From contig NC_086097.1 of the NCBI RefSeq assembly GCF_963921235.1, positions 164,488,001 to 164,552,000 on the forward strand: DNA of 64,000 nt, written 5' to 3'. The translations under genes were made by a program, and so were the position numbers. This stretch comes from Mobula hypostoma (Eukaryota). This document shows positions 1 through 12,942 of the stretch, piece by piece. Each line of letters opens with the position of its first letter. Position 1 is the first letter of the stretch. The notes beneath the pieces were generated by a model that made no database searches, was not told the origin of the DNA, and saw nothing but the letters and a program-made list of their open reading frames with translations.

Positions 1-1270
1 CACCTGGTCCTGTGCAGTAGCCCCTCTATACCAGACAGTGATGCAGCCTGTCAGAATGCTCTCCATGGTACAACTATAGAAGTTTTTGAGTGCATTGTTG
101 ACATGCCAAATTTCTTCAAGCTCCTAGTATAGTCGCTGTCTTGCCTTTATAACTACATGGATATGTTGGGACTAGGTTGGATCCTCAGAGATTTTGACAC
201 CCAGGAACTTGAAGCTGCTCACTCTCTCCACTTTTGAACCCTCTATGAGGATTGGTACGTGTTCCTTTGTCTTACCCGTCCTGAAGTCCACAATCAGCTC
301 TTTCATCTTACTGACGTTCAGTGTCAGGTTATTGCTGTGGCACCACTCCACTAGTTGGCATATCTCACTCCTTTATGCCCCCTCGTCACCACCTGAGATT
401 CTACCAACAATGGTTGTATTGTCAGCAAATTTATAGATGTATTTGAGTTATGCTTAACCACACAGTCATGTGTATATAGAGAGTAGAGCAGTGGACTAAG
501 CACACACCCCGCGGTGTGCCAGTGTTGATCGTCAGCAAGAAGAATATGTTATCACCAATCCGCACAAATTGTGGACTTCCGGTTAGGAAGTCGAGGATTC
601 AATTACAGAGTAAGGTACAGAAGCCCAGGTTCTGCAACTTCTCAATCAGGTTTGTGGGAATGGTGGTATTAAATGCTGAGCTATAGTTGATGAACAGCAT
701 CCTGACATAGGTGTTTATGTTGTCCAGGTGCTCGAAAGCCATGTGGAGAGCCATTGAGATTGCGTCTGCTGTTGACCTACTGTGGCGATAGGCAAATTGC
801 AATGGGTCCAGGTCCTTCCTGAGGCAGGAGTTCAGTCTAGTCATGACCAACCTCTCAAAGCATTTCATCACTATCGATGTGAGTGCTACCGGGCGATAGT
901 CATTAGGGCAGCCCACATTATTCTTCTTGCACTGGTATAATTGTTGCTTTTTTGAAGCAAGTGGGAACTTCCACCCGTAGCAGATAAAGGTTGAAAATGT
1001 CCTTGAATACTCCCGCTAGTTGGTTGGCACAGTTTTTCAGAGCCTTACCAGGTACTTCATCGGGATTTTCTGCCTTGCGAGGGTTCACTCTCTTTAAAGG
1101 CAGTCTAACATCGGCCTCTGAGACAGAGATCACAGGGTCATCAGGTACAACAGGGATCTTCACAACTGTAGTTGTGTTCTCCCTTTCAAAGCATTCATAG
1201 AAGTTGTTGAGTTCATCTGGTAGTGAAGCATCGCTGCCATTCATGCTATTAGGTTTCGCTTTGTAGGAAG
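1..1270 (-). mobile_element. Rex1/Babar-type LINE, degenerate ORF2 (reverse transcriptase) fragment
   Basis: ORFs 599-916 and 918-1364: [28 protein letters not shown], KAxxPDxVPGKALK. Broken by frameshifts. Confidence 0.85.
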
Positions 1271-3123
1271 TACAATTTTGAATTCGTTGTTTCCTCAACG
1301 ATTGCAGTCTGCCCAGGTCCTGAGGCAGCAAAGCAGATCCAAACCCTGATGCTCGTTCCACCATGCTTCACAGTTGGGATGAGGTTTTGGTGTACATGCG
1401 CACTGTTCTTTTTCCTCCAAACATTGCAGTGTACATTTCTGCCAGAAAGTGCAGCTTTTGTCCCGTGTGCCCACAGAACGTTGTCCCAGAAGTGTTGTGG
1501 ATTATCCGGGTGGTCTTTGTACGTGCAGTAATTTTTTTTTTTGGAGAGCAGTGGTTTCCTCCTTGGTGTCCTTCCATGAACACCATTCTTGTTCAGTGTT
1601 TTTCTTAAATAGCGGACATATGCACAGAGTTTTTAGCAAGTTCTAGAGATTTCTGCAGATCTTCCACCGTTACCCTTGGGTTCTTTTCACCTCCTTCAGA
1701 ATTGCACATTGTGCTCTTGGTATGATCTTTGCAGGATGCCCACTCCTAGGGAGAGTAGCAACCGTACTGAATTTCCTCCATTTGTGGACAATTTCTCTTG
1801 CTGTTGACTGATAAACACTCGGGTCTTTAGAAATGCTTTTGTAGCCTTTTCTAGCTTTGTGCATCTGAGGTCTCCTGAAAGTTGTTTTGATCAAGGTATG
1901 CTGCACATAAACAGATCTTTCTTGAGAAGAGCAGGCTCTGTCAATAACCTGACTTCGTGTATCTATTTTATAGGGCAGGGTACCTCTACCTCTCCCTCCA
2001 ATCTCATCTCATTGATTGGAACACCCAACTCCAAATAGCTTTTGTAGCAGGTATTCCAGTCAATGAGATGTACCCCAGAGGTTCACATACTCCTTTGAAC
2101 CTAGACTGCGATTGCTTAATTGATGTACAAGAAGTAGTGCAGTTGTTTATGTGTATTAGTTTAGGCAGATTGTGTTTGTCTATTTTGTGACTTGGGTGAA
2201 ATTTAGACCACATTTTATGAATAATTAATGCAGATGACCAAGTACAGTTGGCCCTCCTTATCCGCGAGGGATTGGTTCAGGGACCCCTCGTGGATATCAA
2301 GAAACACAGATGCTCAAGTCCCTTATTCAACCTGTCTAAATGTGGTGGACATTAGGACCCAGCGGCGGAGCTCTGAACCCGCAGTGTTTCTGTTCACGAA
2401 AATAATCACAATTACGATTTAAAATGAAGTGGAAATAATAAAGCGATTGGAAAGAGGTGAAATGCCATCCGTCATTGGAAAAGCGTTAGGCTACAGTTGA
2501 TCAACGATCGGAACAATTTTAAAGGATAAAATGAGAAAGGCCCTGCCCCGATGAAAGCTACAATTATCACTAAGCAACACAGTGGTTTAATTATTGGGTT
2601 TGGGGATTTTGGGTTTTTAATCCTCCACATCAACCCGGCACGGATGGAGAGTGTGCTCGGGAGCGGTCTGTCACTGGATAAAACTCGGGAATTTCTGTTC
2701 CCCAGCCTGGCGCTGAAACATACGTTTCTTAAGTGTTTTATATGCATAGAAAGGTAAAATATATACTATGTACTAAGACAAACATTTGACTAACCGACGC
2801 TAAATAATACTGGATGTACCTGTTCCGACTTACTTAGTAAGAGAACTTACGGTTTTTTTCCGATCCCGATCCACGGTAACCTACGCACATCCTCCCGTAT
2901 ACTTTAAATCATCTCTAAATACCTAATACAATGTAAATGCTATGTAAAAAAGTTGTAATACTGCATTGTTTAGGGAATAATAACAAGAAAAAAGAAGTCT
3001 GTACATGCTCGAACAACAAGTGCTGGAAGAGCACTTCTGGGTTTTCTCGATTCGTGGTTGGTTGAATTCACGCATGCGGAACTCGCGGATAAGGAGGGCC
3101 GACTGTAATTTTACTTGCAACTG
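1271..3123 (-). mobile_element. Tc1-like transposon remnant, interrupted by a Tigger MITE
   Basis: ORF 1670-1906 gives a paired-type HTH (KGYKSISK...TLPRSGHPAKI). A degenerate VKHGGGSIMVWGC-like segment lies at about 1330-1372. Probable terminus CTTGCAACTG|TA at 3114-3125. Confidence 0.75.
2245..3105 (+). mobile_element. Non-autonomous Tigger/pogo element (861 bp)
   Basis: TIRs CAGTTGGCCCTCCTTATCCGCG and CGCGGATAAGGAGGGCCGACTG, TA on both flanks. Internal HTH-psq remnant (VEIIKRLERGEMPSVIGKALGYS*STIGTILKDK). Confidence 0.9.
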
Positions 3124-3846
3124 TATATGCATGGAAGCAAAGGATATGTCTGTTACTAAATTACTATATTACAACAGGCTTCAAGAAAGTTTATGATATA
3201 GAATGATGAGCAACACTCAGTGGATAAATTACTTAATTCAAATGAGATACCTGTACACCTGACGTTGCTGAAGGAAGGGAGGGACAGAATTACAGGGCCA
3301 TTCCTGTAATCTTCCAAATATTTAAAGAAACAAGGACAGTACAAATGTTATACTTGTACATAAAGGTGTTGGTATGAATTCAATTGTATGTAATTCCTTA
3401 ATTTAACCTCTGGTTGGAAAATGCCAGAATTTGGCATGGATTTAATAGTCATTTTGTGGTGTGGGTTAATTTAAAAAAAAATTGATTTCTGAAAAAGAAA
3501 TTATATTTTGGCATTTATTTTCATATTTTTAATGGAACAAAGCATTGATGAGGGAAATGCAATTGCTGTGATATATGCAAAGGTATTTGAAAATGTGCTG
3601 CATAATCGACTTGGCAAAAAGGTGGAAAGCAGTTTTGAATTGTGCTGCTGTTTATTTCTTGCTAAATATCAATGACAAAAATCACTTTTTTGAACACGAA
3701 CACATAACTGACAATTTTTTAAAAACTGTTCGCTGTAAGCACAGTATAGTGTCTTAACAGCCATGCAATTGTGTATGACTGACACTAGTTAGAAACCGTT
3801 CCGTAGCAGTCTCCAGTCCCAATTCAGCAACGTTGTGTCACAGATG

Positions 3847-5575
3847 CACCCTAACCTCGTTAGATGCAGGGGATACGTTCCTCAAAGTCGACGCATAATG
3901 TGAATAATTATTTAAATGGAGAAAATAGGGATGCGTTCTTGAGGGCCACCTAAATATGTTTTATCTGTAATTTATTCACATTTTCATACCAATACGACAC
4001 AAAAGCAGTACCACAAGGCAACATTTGTTTTATATTTCATCAATTTAAGGTAATATTCAACGTAATAATTTATAGAAAGTTAACATACTAGGGTGTACAG
4101 TATGCACCAACAGTGGCAAGTGTGTTCGCTCTGGGAGATGAGTGGTTGTTGTGGTGTCGGACAGCTTTACATGGATGAGGTGGATGGTTGTGTGTCGCAG
4201 GATCATCAAGAACAGCAAGGGGTGAAGGAAGACTCACAAAACTCTCAGTACTGTCGGCAGCAGGAGATGACACCGGTTTGAAGAAAGTGGTGAGGATTGT
4301 TTGCTTGGCAGCATTTTGTTTTTCAGCATAAATTTGCTTGTAGGGAAGAGGGCTTGACTGCAGGGAATGACTGAAATGCTGACTCCGTTCTAAACATGGG
4401 TCCATGTCCATCGCCATTTGTGCCAAGTGTTCCAAAGGCTTAAAAAAAAATCCTACCAGTTGCTTCAGAGTGAAAGACCTGACCTCTTTCCAGGATTCAT
4501 CACTGCTGTTGATGGCATGTTTGATGTTGAAGGACTTCCACCATTCCCTCACCATTGGTAAGTTCCTGGGATTTTCAGAATCGCCTGTTGCTTGCAGCAT
4601 CTGAGAGACAGTTCGGCGTAAAAAATTCGCCTTGAATGTGGATATCACACCTTGGTCGAGTGGTTGAATCAGCCATGTTGTGTTAGGCGGCAGGAAATGC
4701 ACTATTATGTTAGGATGAATGCTGTCCAGATGTTTAGGAGGGGCTGGTGCATTGTCAAGCAACAAAAGAGCTTTAAAGGCAAGATTCTGTTCCCGGCAGC
4801 AGTGTTCAGCCTCAACAGCAAAATGATTAGCAAACCAATCTTTAAAGATTTGACCAGTGACCCATGCTTTCTTGTTAGCTGCCCAGCGGACAGGAAGCAT
4901 ATTCTTACTCAAACCCTTAAGAGCACGGGGGTTAAGTGAATAGTAAACTAAGAGAGGCTTCATCTTACAGTCTCCTTCGGCATTGGAACACATAAGCAAA
5001 GTCAATCTATCCTTTGCTGCCTTAAAACCTGACGCAGTTTTTTCATCCTTACTTATGTAAGTGCGTTTCAGCATATGCTTCCGAAAAAGCCCGGTCTCGT
5101 CTGCATTAAACACCTGCTTTGGTGTGATGCCTAACTAAGCTATCATAGCCCGCAACTGCACAGGGTAGCGTCCCAGAGCTGTGTTACCTTCACCTGACGC
5201 CGCCCTGTTTATAATTTCCAACTTTTTTTCCAAATGTTAAAGCAGTTCTCTGCCACTTGGCTGATGGCCCAGGACTTGACATCGGATGCTTAGGAGACAT
5301 AGTTAAATATTTCAAGCGCAAAATCACTGCACCGTAGGTAAAAACACAAAAGTTTAAGAGCGCAAGATCGCACATCCATACGTTGCCAAAACCAATGCGA
5401 GACTGGCGGGAGTGAGACTGTGAGAGATGCGCACATGACTTGTATTGGCGAGAAAGCAGTGCTGCTCGCATAACTGTGAGTTTTGGATGTATATAACGAG
5501 AAGTTGGTAGAAATAGGTTCCTCGCATAACTGTGAATCTGCATTGTCTGAAGACGCATATAACGAGGATAGGGTG
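3847..5575 (-). mobile_element. Tigger/pogo transposon with internally deleted DDE_1 transposase
   Basis: TIRs CACCCTAACCTCGTTAGATGC and GCATATAACGAGGATAGGGTG|TA. ORF 4088-5113: FNADETGLF, LLLLDNAPAP, FLPPNTTWLIQPLDQGVI. Confidence 0.92.
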
Positions 5576-6580
5576 TAAGCAGCTACACCAATTAGTTAAT
5601 AGCTCAATTAACTAGAATCCAATGTGTGTTGATGTATGTGTATATTATAATGTAATTTACAGTATTTTATGTATTACATTGTATTGCCACAAAGTACAAG
5701 TTTCACAACCTATATCAGTGATCATAATAAACCTGATTTGGATTCTGAAAATCTAGCTTTCTCTCTGTCCCTCATCTTTCTGTGCGACTTAAAACAAGTT
5801 TGTTTTTAAGCTTTTCCTCACTCTACTTGTATAATGCAACTGAAGTATTAACTCTGTGTCTCTTCAATTGTTGTCTGACCTGCTGAGTATCTCCCATCAT
5901 TTTGCTTTTCTGTTTAAACTAATCTTAGTGTCCAGGGCTAGTCTAGGAGCATGTAGGAGCTTGCCCAAAGATGGGGAGCTAGCAAAGTAAAATCTCCAAT
6001 TAAACAACTCACCAATGCCCCACATTCTTAACCCACCAAATCAAATTATCGTGGACAAAAAAGTTTGAATAAGGAAGGATGTACATGCCCCTCCAAAGAT
6101 CATCAGATACATCATTGTGTACAAGCTCTATTTTATAGCCTTGTGGGCAATAGCTTTTCAAATGTTCATTCAGGGACTCACTAAAAGGCAGTAGAATAGC
6201 TTTTCAAAAGTTCATACAGGGACTTTTTTTTTAAAAGATAGTCAAGGTTTACAGTACAACAAGATTTATGTGAATGCCTGACTCCAACTCAACCTGCTCT
6301 CCTTCAGCTGGTCTCCAGTGGTCCGGATCTGTTCTGTTTACCTGATGCTCTGGAGATGATTGCTCACCTATTTCCCGTGGCAGGTAATGTAGCTGCACTG
6401 TCATGGGTCACTGCTGCTGTTTCTCACTCTCACTGCTGTTTAGTTTTGTTTCTCTGGGTGTTTCATGAATTCAGGCATCCTGCTCTCTAACCATCTCCCA
6501 TTATGAGTCACGGGTGGTAGAGCTGGAAAAGAGACCTACAGCCATCAGCTATTTATTTTACACAGACACATGCACACTAG

Positions 6581-6708
6581 CAAGAGAAATTCTGCAGATG
6601 CTGCCAATCCAAGCAACACACACAAAAGTTTGGAGGAACTCAGCAGGCCAGGCAGCATCTATGGAAAAGAGTAAACAGTGGATGTTTCAGTCTGAGACCC
6701 TTCAGGAT
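6581..6708 (-). mobile_element. Penelope-like element 3' end fragment
   Basis: Same about 130-bp family as 9692-9808, 21325-21451, 34425-34531, 38373-38563 and 48317-48444. Confidence 0.7.
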
Positions 6709-6729
6709 TGCACACGATTCTAGCTTAAT

Positions 6730-7676
6730 GGGGCTAGTAGGGGCCTCAATTAGCTGAAGTTTTATGATTATTATTTATTTTTGTATTTGCACGCTGGTTG
6801 AACGCCTGGTCGGTGCAATCTTTCATTGATTCCATTATTGTTATTATTCTATTATGGATTTATTAAGTATACCCACTAGAAAATGAATCTTGGGTTTGTA
6901 TATGGTGACGTGTATGTACTTGGATAATACATTTACTTTGAATTTTAAGGTTTCATGGCAATAGTTAAAATGATGTAAAAAAGACAAACTGAATAACAAA
7001 TTATGTATTTAAATGAAATACAGAACAAATTAGAACACTACCAATAATACTACAATACTATAAAACACTATATTCGTTCCTAATGGTTATCACTGGAGAA
7101 ATTCATCCTATGTGTGCAATGAAAAAATCAGTGCAGACACAGTGTGGATAATGGACTACCTTCATACAATGCTTTCAATAATTGCATCCTCCAAATCTTC
7201 ATTGTCATTGTAACATTCAAGATGATTATTGATAACTTCAAATTCTTCATAGTTTCTAACTTACTGAAGTAGTGAAATCATTTCATTTTCACCCCCAGCT
7301 ATTTCTGGCACCTCTAAGTCTGAATGCTTGAAACCACGATGACCAAAACAGTTCTGAATTGTCTTGCTGCTTATTTCTCGCCAACTATCAATGACAAAAA
7401 TAGTCACTGCTTTTTGAACACAAGCACACACAACTGATGCTATTTAAAAACTGTTCACTCTAAGCATGGGGTAGTGTCTAATGGCCACAAGCATATGCAA
7501 CTGACGCTAGTTAGAACCTGTTCAGCTACAGTTTCTTGTCCCAACTAAGTGGCAAAGTGTCCCAAATAAACAAAGGGAATCCTGACAATTTTCTCTTCAG
7601 TTTTATTTTTTTAAGTTTTCCCAGTAATTAATGGCTAACTGATTAACTGATGGTCCATTTAAACAGAGCCCACTGT
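6730..7676. mobile_element. Degenerate Tigger-like MITE; second fragment at about 3645-3840
   Basis: About 190 bp at 7367-7560 aligns with 3645-3840. Ends CCACTG|TA. Interrupted by a LINE 3' tail at about 6765-6945. Confidence 0.5.
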
Positions 7677-7899
7677 ATTCATTCAAGTGATGTTGGATTC
7701 GCATGCTGATCCAGTTTTAATGCCTTTTCCTATTTGCCCTCAAAGGTGTTGGGAAAACTACACTCTTGAACCACTGCAGTTCTTGAGGTATTAAAGAATT
7801 TCAGGTTTTTGACTCCGTGACTGTAAAGTCAGATGATGTGTGTAGTGGAGGGTACCGTCCACAGGCTGCTTCCCATGCTTTAGTTGACTTTGTCCTTCT

Positions 7900-8700
7900 A
7901 GCTGTAGTGATAATGTTGCAGCTCTATAAAACTCTGTTTAGACCACAATTGGAATATTGTTTTCAGTTCTGGTCACCTCATTAAAGGAAAAATGTGGAAG
8001 CTTTAGCAACAATACAGAGGAGATTTGCCAGGATGCTGCCCGGACTAGAGGGCATAATTTTAAGGTGTTTGGAGGAAAATGTAGGGAAGATGTCAGTTAA
8101 GGTCTTTCCACAGAGTAGTGGGTGTGTGGAACGCCCTGCCAGGGTTGGTGGTAAAGAGAGAGATTGGAGGGATTTAAAGAAACTTAGATATACACATGGA
8201 TGATAGAAGATGGAGGCTTATGTCAGAGAAAAGGGTTAGATTGATGTTAGGGTAAGTTAAAAGGTTGGTGCAACTTTGTGGATTGAGGGGCTTGTAGTCT
8301 GCTGTAGTGTTCTAGATGTGAGTTAAACCTGTTGAATATTGTAAGGCCCAGGTAGTGTGAACCTAGAGAGGATAATTCCCATAGTGGAGAGAGCCTAGGA
8401 CCAGAGAACACCGCTGCAGAATTGAAGGATGTCCCTTCAGGACAGAGATGAAGGGGCATTTCTTTAGCCAGAGGATGGTGAATCTGTGAAGTTCATTGCC
8501 ATAGATGGCTGCAGAGATCAATTCATTGGGTATATTTGAAGCAGAGGTTGATAGGTTATTGATTAGTAAGGGTGTCAAAGGTTACAGTGAGAAGGTGGGA
8601 GAATTGGGTTGAGAGGGATAGTAAAGTAGCTGTGATTGAATGGCAGAGCAGACTTAGTGAGCCAAACAGCCTAATTCTGCTCCTATGTCTTATGGTGTGG
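7900..8700 (+). mobile_element. CR1 LINE 3' fragments
   Basis: LYKTLFRPQLEYCFQFWSPH- and IQRRFARMLPGL-like coding. Two adjacent 3' ends, the second ending ...GCTCCTATGTCTTATGG. Confidence 0.75.
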
Positions 8701-8849
8701 AAAGTGCTGTCTCAGGAGTCTTGAGTCTTGTTGAGTTACTGCAGTGCATCCTGTAGGTGGAACAAACTGATAATGGTGGAGAGAGTGAATGGTCATGGAT
8801 GGGTCTCAATCACATCAGCTGTTTTAATGCTACTGCTTTAATCCCATTT

Positions 8850-9125
8850 CATTCTCCGTATATTCTCATTGGTTCTCTTCTCCCGCCCCCCCCCCCCCCC
8901 AAGCCCCACTTCCCACCTCCACTATATTACTCGGGTACAACTAGAGGCAATTAAAGGTAGCCTATTATCCGACCAATCTGCACGTCTTAGTGGTGTGGGA
9001 AGAAACTGGAGGATTTGAGAGAAACCCACACAGTCACAGGGAGAATGAGGAACAACACCAGAGATCAGGATTGAACCCAAGTGATAGAGCTGTAAGGCAG
9101 CAGCTCTACCACCTGCATCACTGCC
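8850..9125 (-). mobile_element. V-SINE/HE1-like tRNA-derived SINE
   Basis: Reverse strand has a tRNA-like head (GGTTCAATCC B-box) and a V-domain-like GTGGGTTTCTCTC...CTCCAGTTTCTTCCCAC. Confidence 0.65.
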
Positions 9126-10815
9126 CAATTATCTCTCTCATCCTTTCCCAACAGGTGTCTGCTCCAGTGCAATGCATATTTAATTTAAACAAGAATCTGA
9201 TACCCTTTGAAGTTGGAATTCTAATAATCTATTTTAATTATCTTACAAACATAAGATTTTGATGCATAAGCAATATTTTTATTTGTATGATTCATTTTGC
9301 ATTTTATCAATTATATTCAACAAAATACAGTTTTCAAAATATGAGCAGAATAAGGGTTTCAGTTACTGCATCTATAAAGCATTTTCAAGCTTCACGTGTT
9401 GACGTGTAGTTAGCTGGATTATGTTGCCTTGGTTTCAGTCTTGATAAGAAAGAATGTTATGAACGCTTTGAATTCTTTCAGAAGTGGCCAGGAAAGAAGA
9501 GTTTATGGGGATGTTTTACATTGTGTAAAGTATCAGCTGAGTTCTCTTTGCTGTCTTGGATTTCCCAGAAGTAAGGGAGATGTTGGTGGATGATAATGAG
9601 GTTCACCATTGAGTAGGATGTCAGAGATACTAGCTTTGTTGTGTCTACCTGCAGATTGAGATTAGGTCCAGAAGCAGATATATATTATCTCACAAGAGAT
9701 TCTGAAGATGCTCAAAATCCCAAGCAACAAACACAAGAATGCTGGAGGGACTCAGCAGGCCAGGCAGCATCTGCTGATGTTTCAGGTTGAGACACACGCC
9801 ATCAGGACTTGTGAATATCGTCTATGTCAATCGTTGAATAACCTGCGGATGTCAATTGTTGCATCCTACATCAGAGACTTGAGAGCTTCGTCATATTCTG
9901 TAACAAGCTGCAGAGAGAGTTAGATGAGATCATTGAACAACCATGTGGGTCTGTGACAATTAGCAATTTGTTTATGCAAATACAGCGCAAATATAGTAAG
10001 CTTTACAAATATAGTTGTTGGGCACACTCATTATCTTTCAGTGATTTGCTGGTGGAATAATTCTTCAGCAAATGAGAAGTCTGCAAAGATGATCTGGGAT
10101 TATAATGATATTCCAGTATCAACACAGTGAGGTTGATGGAGCTCCTTCTGTATTGGTTCAAAGCTTTGCACACTCTGTCCTTTTCTTATCAAACAGAAAG
10201 ACTCAAGTTTGTGTGAAGTTTTTAAGAAATTACAGAACACTTCGGAACTAATGAAGTCGAAAGTACATTGTAATGTAGAAAATGTTCATCTGAGCTACTA
10301 CATATTAATTCCCTGTGCAAGTACTGCAAAATCTCTGCTACTGGAAGAGTGATCAGGTTCAATGCTGATGATTTTGACCTTGTTGCAATTTTCTCCATTA
10401 AGACTGTTATTACTGCTTTGAGGGGAAATGTAAAAGTAATTTATTGGAGTTGGCTGCATCTGATGGCCATTGGGGTTGTGTATGTGCTATCTATTTTCCA
10501 GACTGACTTTGTAAATAGCATCTGGTTACAGCAGATGACGGTAAACACTGTTCCTTCAGCATGGTGATGAGTTTAGTCATAGTCTATAACGATAAAAATA
10601 ATACAGGATGTCACTAATGTAATTAAATAGTACTCCTTATTGAAAAAATAAATTCAATATCTTAGGCAGTCCTTAAGCATCAAGAATACATTACTTCTAC
10701 CACAGGTTTGTGGGTTTTGAGGTGGCTGATGGAGACCAATGTGGGAACTGTTGACTGTTCCACAGATAGGGCAGGTAGTAGCCAGTGATGCAGGTGAGTG
10801 GTTAAGTTTGTGAGA

Positions 10816-11005
10816 AAGAAGAAGAATAGCCCTTAACTCAGCAGTGGAGTTGTAGGGGCACCATTGTGACGGTGTTTCCGTGGCAAGCTATTCTTGTTTT
10901 TACGAGGCCGAGTTGCTAGCTTGACGCTCAACCCAACTTGGATTCGAACTCAGGAACCTTCGCTCCAGAGTCCGGCGCTGATATTATTGCACCACCAAGC
11001 AGGAC
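10816..11005 (-). mobile_element. tRNA-derived SINE with 13-bp TSD, within an RTE-like LINE fragment (about 10660-11270)
   Basis: Minus strand has A-box TGGTGCAATAA, B-box GTTCGAATCC and a (TTC)n tail. TSD TAAGTTTGTGAGA at 10803-10815 and 11006-11018. Confidence 0.85.
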
Positions 11006-11989
11006 TAAGTTTGTGAGATGATGCACTAATTCCACAACTTGTACAGCATTTCTGTGTACTCCCAACATGTGGGCTTGAGGTTCTCCGTGCCATCCTAAAT
11101 GCTCCTTGCGCTGTAAATGGTCACGAGCCAGAGCTTCACAGGAGTCGGGGAGGAATGATATATTTCTTCAAGGAGGGGTAGAGCACACGTTGGTAATCTG
11201 TGAGAAAGCTCAGAAAGGAATGTCTGTTTCAGGAGCCTGGTGTAGGATGTGCAGATGATGTGGTCTCTGATGACCTATGAACCAAATTGGACACTGAAAT
11301 GAAATCTGTGCAGTTCCAGACAGGATGCAGTTAAATCTCCTTTGCCTTGTGAATTGCTGCAAAGAATTTCAGATATTGAAGGAACTTTCAGCATAGATGG
11401 TTGTGGAGGCAGAGTCGTTACTTATATTTAAAGCAGAGTTTGATAGGTTCTTGATTAGTAAGGGTGTGAAAGGCTACAGGGAGAGGCAGGAGAATGGAGT
11501 TTAGATGGATAATAACTCAGCCATGATAGAATGATAGGGCATATTTGATGGGCTAAATGGCCAAATTTTGTTCCTGTGACACAGTCATGTATGTCATATT
11601 ATTAAAATACTATGTCACTGTATTTTAATTATGCCTTTGGTCCACACATTGGTATTCATGAAAGAGTTAGTTACAGTGTTATATCTCTTAAGCCAATTTG
11701 AATACGATTGTGATGTGTTTTTTTTAATTGCTTCATTTCTGGTGTGTGGTTTTCACTGTGCTACAAGTAAGGAAATGAAGAAATTGAGATATATCAAAAT
11801 AACCTTGGTGACCTTTTGCAGTACATCTTGTAGATAGTACATAACGCATGCGAGAGCATCAGAAGAGTTCAGTGCCAGTGCTAGTGCTACACCTATCTTG
11901 ATAAATGATACCCTATCACACATGGCTTCAGCCTCTTTGTATTATAGAAGCATTATAAGATCAGAATGTACCGTTACCTTGATGTTATT

Positions 11990-12810
11990 CAGAGTTCAAA
12001 GATAATTTATTATCAAAGTATGTGTATGTCACCATATACTACCCTGAGATTTTGTTTTCCTACAGGCATTCACAGTAGAACAAAGAAATACAATAGAATC
12101 AATGAAAAGCTACACAGAAACAAATTCTGAGTGACCAATAACCAATGTGCCAAAAAAGACAATACAAAAAAAATAATAGTACTGAATAAATAAGACTGAG
12201 AACATGAGTTGTAGTGTCCTTGAAAGTTAGTCCATAGGTTGTAGAAGCAGTTTAGAGTTGAGGTGAATGAAGTTATGCTGGTTCAGGAGCCTGACGGTTG
12301 AATGGTAATAACTGTTTCTGAATTCAGTGGTGCTCACTTCTCTATCTCCTGCCCCTTGACAGCAGCAAGAAGAGAGCATGGCCTGGATGGTGCAGGTTGT
12401 TGATGGTGGATGTTGCTTTCTTATACTAGAGCTTCTTGTAAATGTGCTCCGTGCTGTGGAGGGCTTTTTCCTGTGATGGACTCTGCAATATTCATCACTA
12501 TTTTGGACGCTTTTCCAATCTTCGGCTTTGGTATTTACATACCAGTCTGAATACGGTCCACTGTGGCAAATTTCCATCGGTGCAAAGTTTTAAATGACAT
12601 GCCAAATCTGCAAATTTCTAAGAAAGTGCAGGTGTTGTTGTGCCTTCTTTGTAATGCTACTTACATGCTGGTCCCAGGACAGATCCTCTGATATGGTAAT
12701 GCTAAGGGGTTTGAAGTTGCTCTCTCTACCTCTAATCCCCTAATGAGGGCTGGCTCATGGACCTCTGGGTTTCTTCCTTCTGTAGTCAATAATCAGCTCT
12801 TTGGTTTATT
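11990..12810 (-). mobile_element. Rex1/Babar-like LINE 3' fragment
   Basis: TTEFRNSYYHSTVRLLN-like C-terminus and a 3' UTR shared with 27978-28420, 39815-40050 and 48130-48700. Confidence 0.6.
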
Positions 12811-12942
12811 ATTTGCTTATTGTTCAAAACTGCTATGTTGATGTTTTAGCAATTATGATGTATGTGAAATTGCTTGGAGATGGTCTTTGATTTGTTCATA
12901 GTATGGCTTAATTGTAATCTACCTCTTGACTGTTGATATGTA

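Noticed and set aside
4088..5113. Domesticated TIGD/Jerky-like gene
   Set aside because: Flanked by TIRs, internally deleted, lacks a true ATG and an in-frame DNA-binding domain, and the C-terminus is disrupted.
6149..6225. Two-copy direct repeat with 46-bp period
   Set aside because: Ordinary local tandem duplication with no further signal.
10935..11005. tRNA gene
   Set aside because: It is the head of a SINE with a body, tail and TSD; no convincing cloverleaf.
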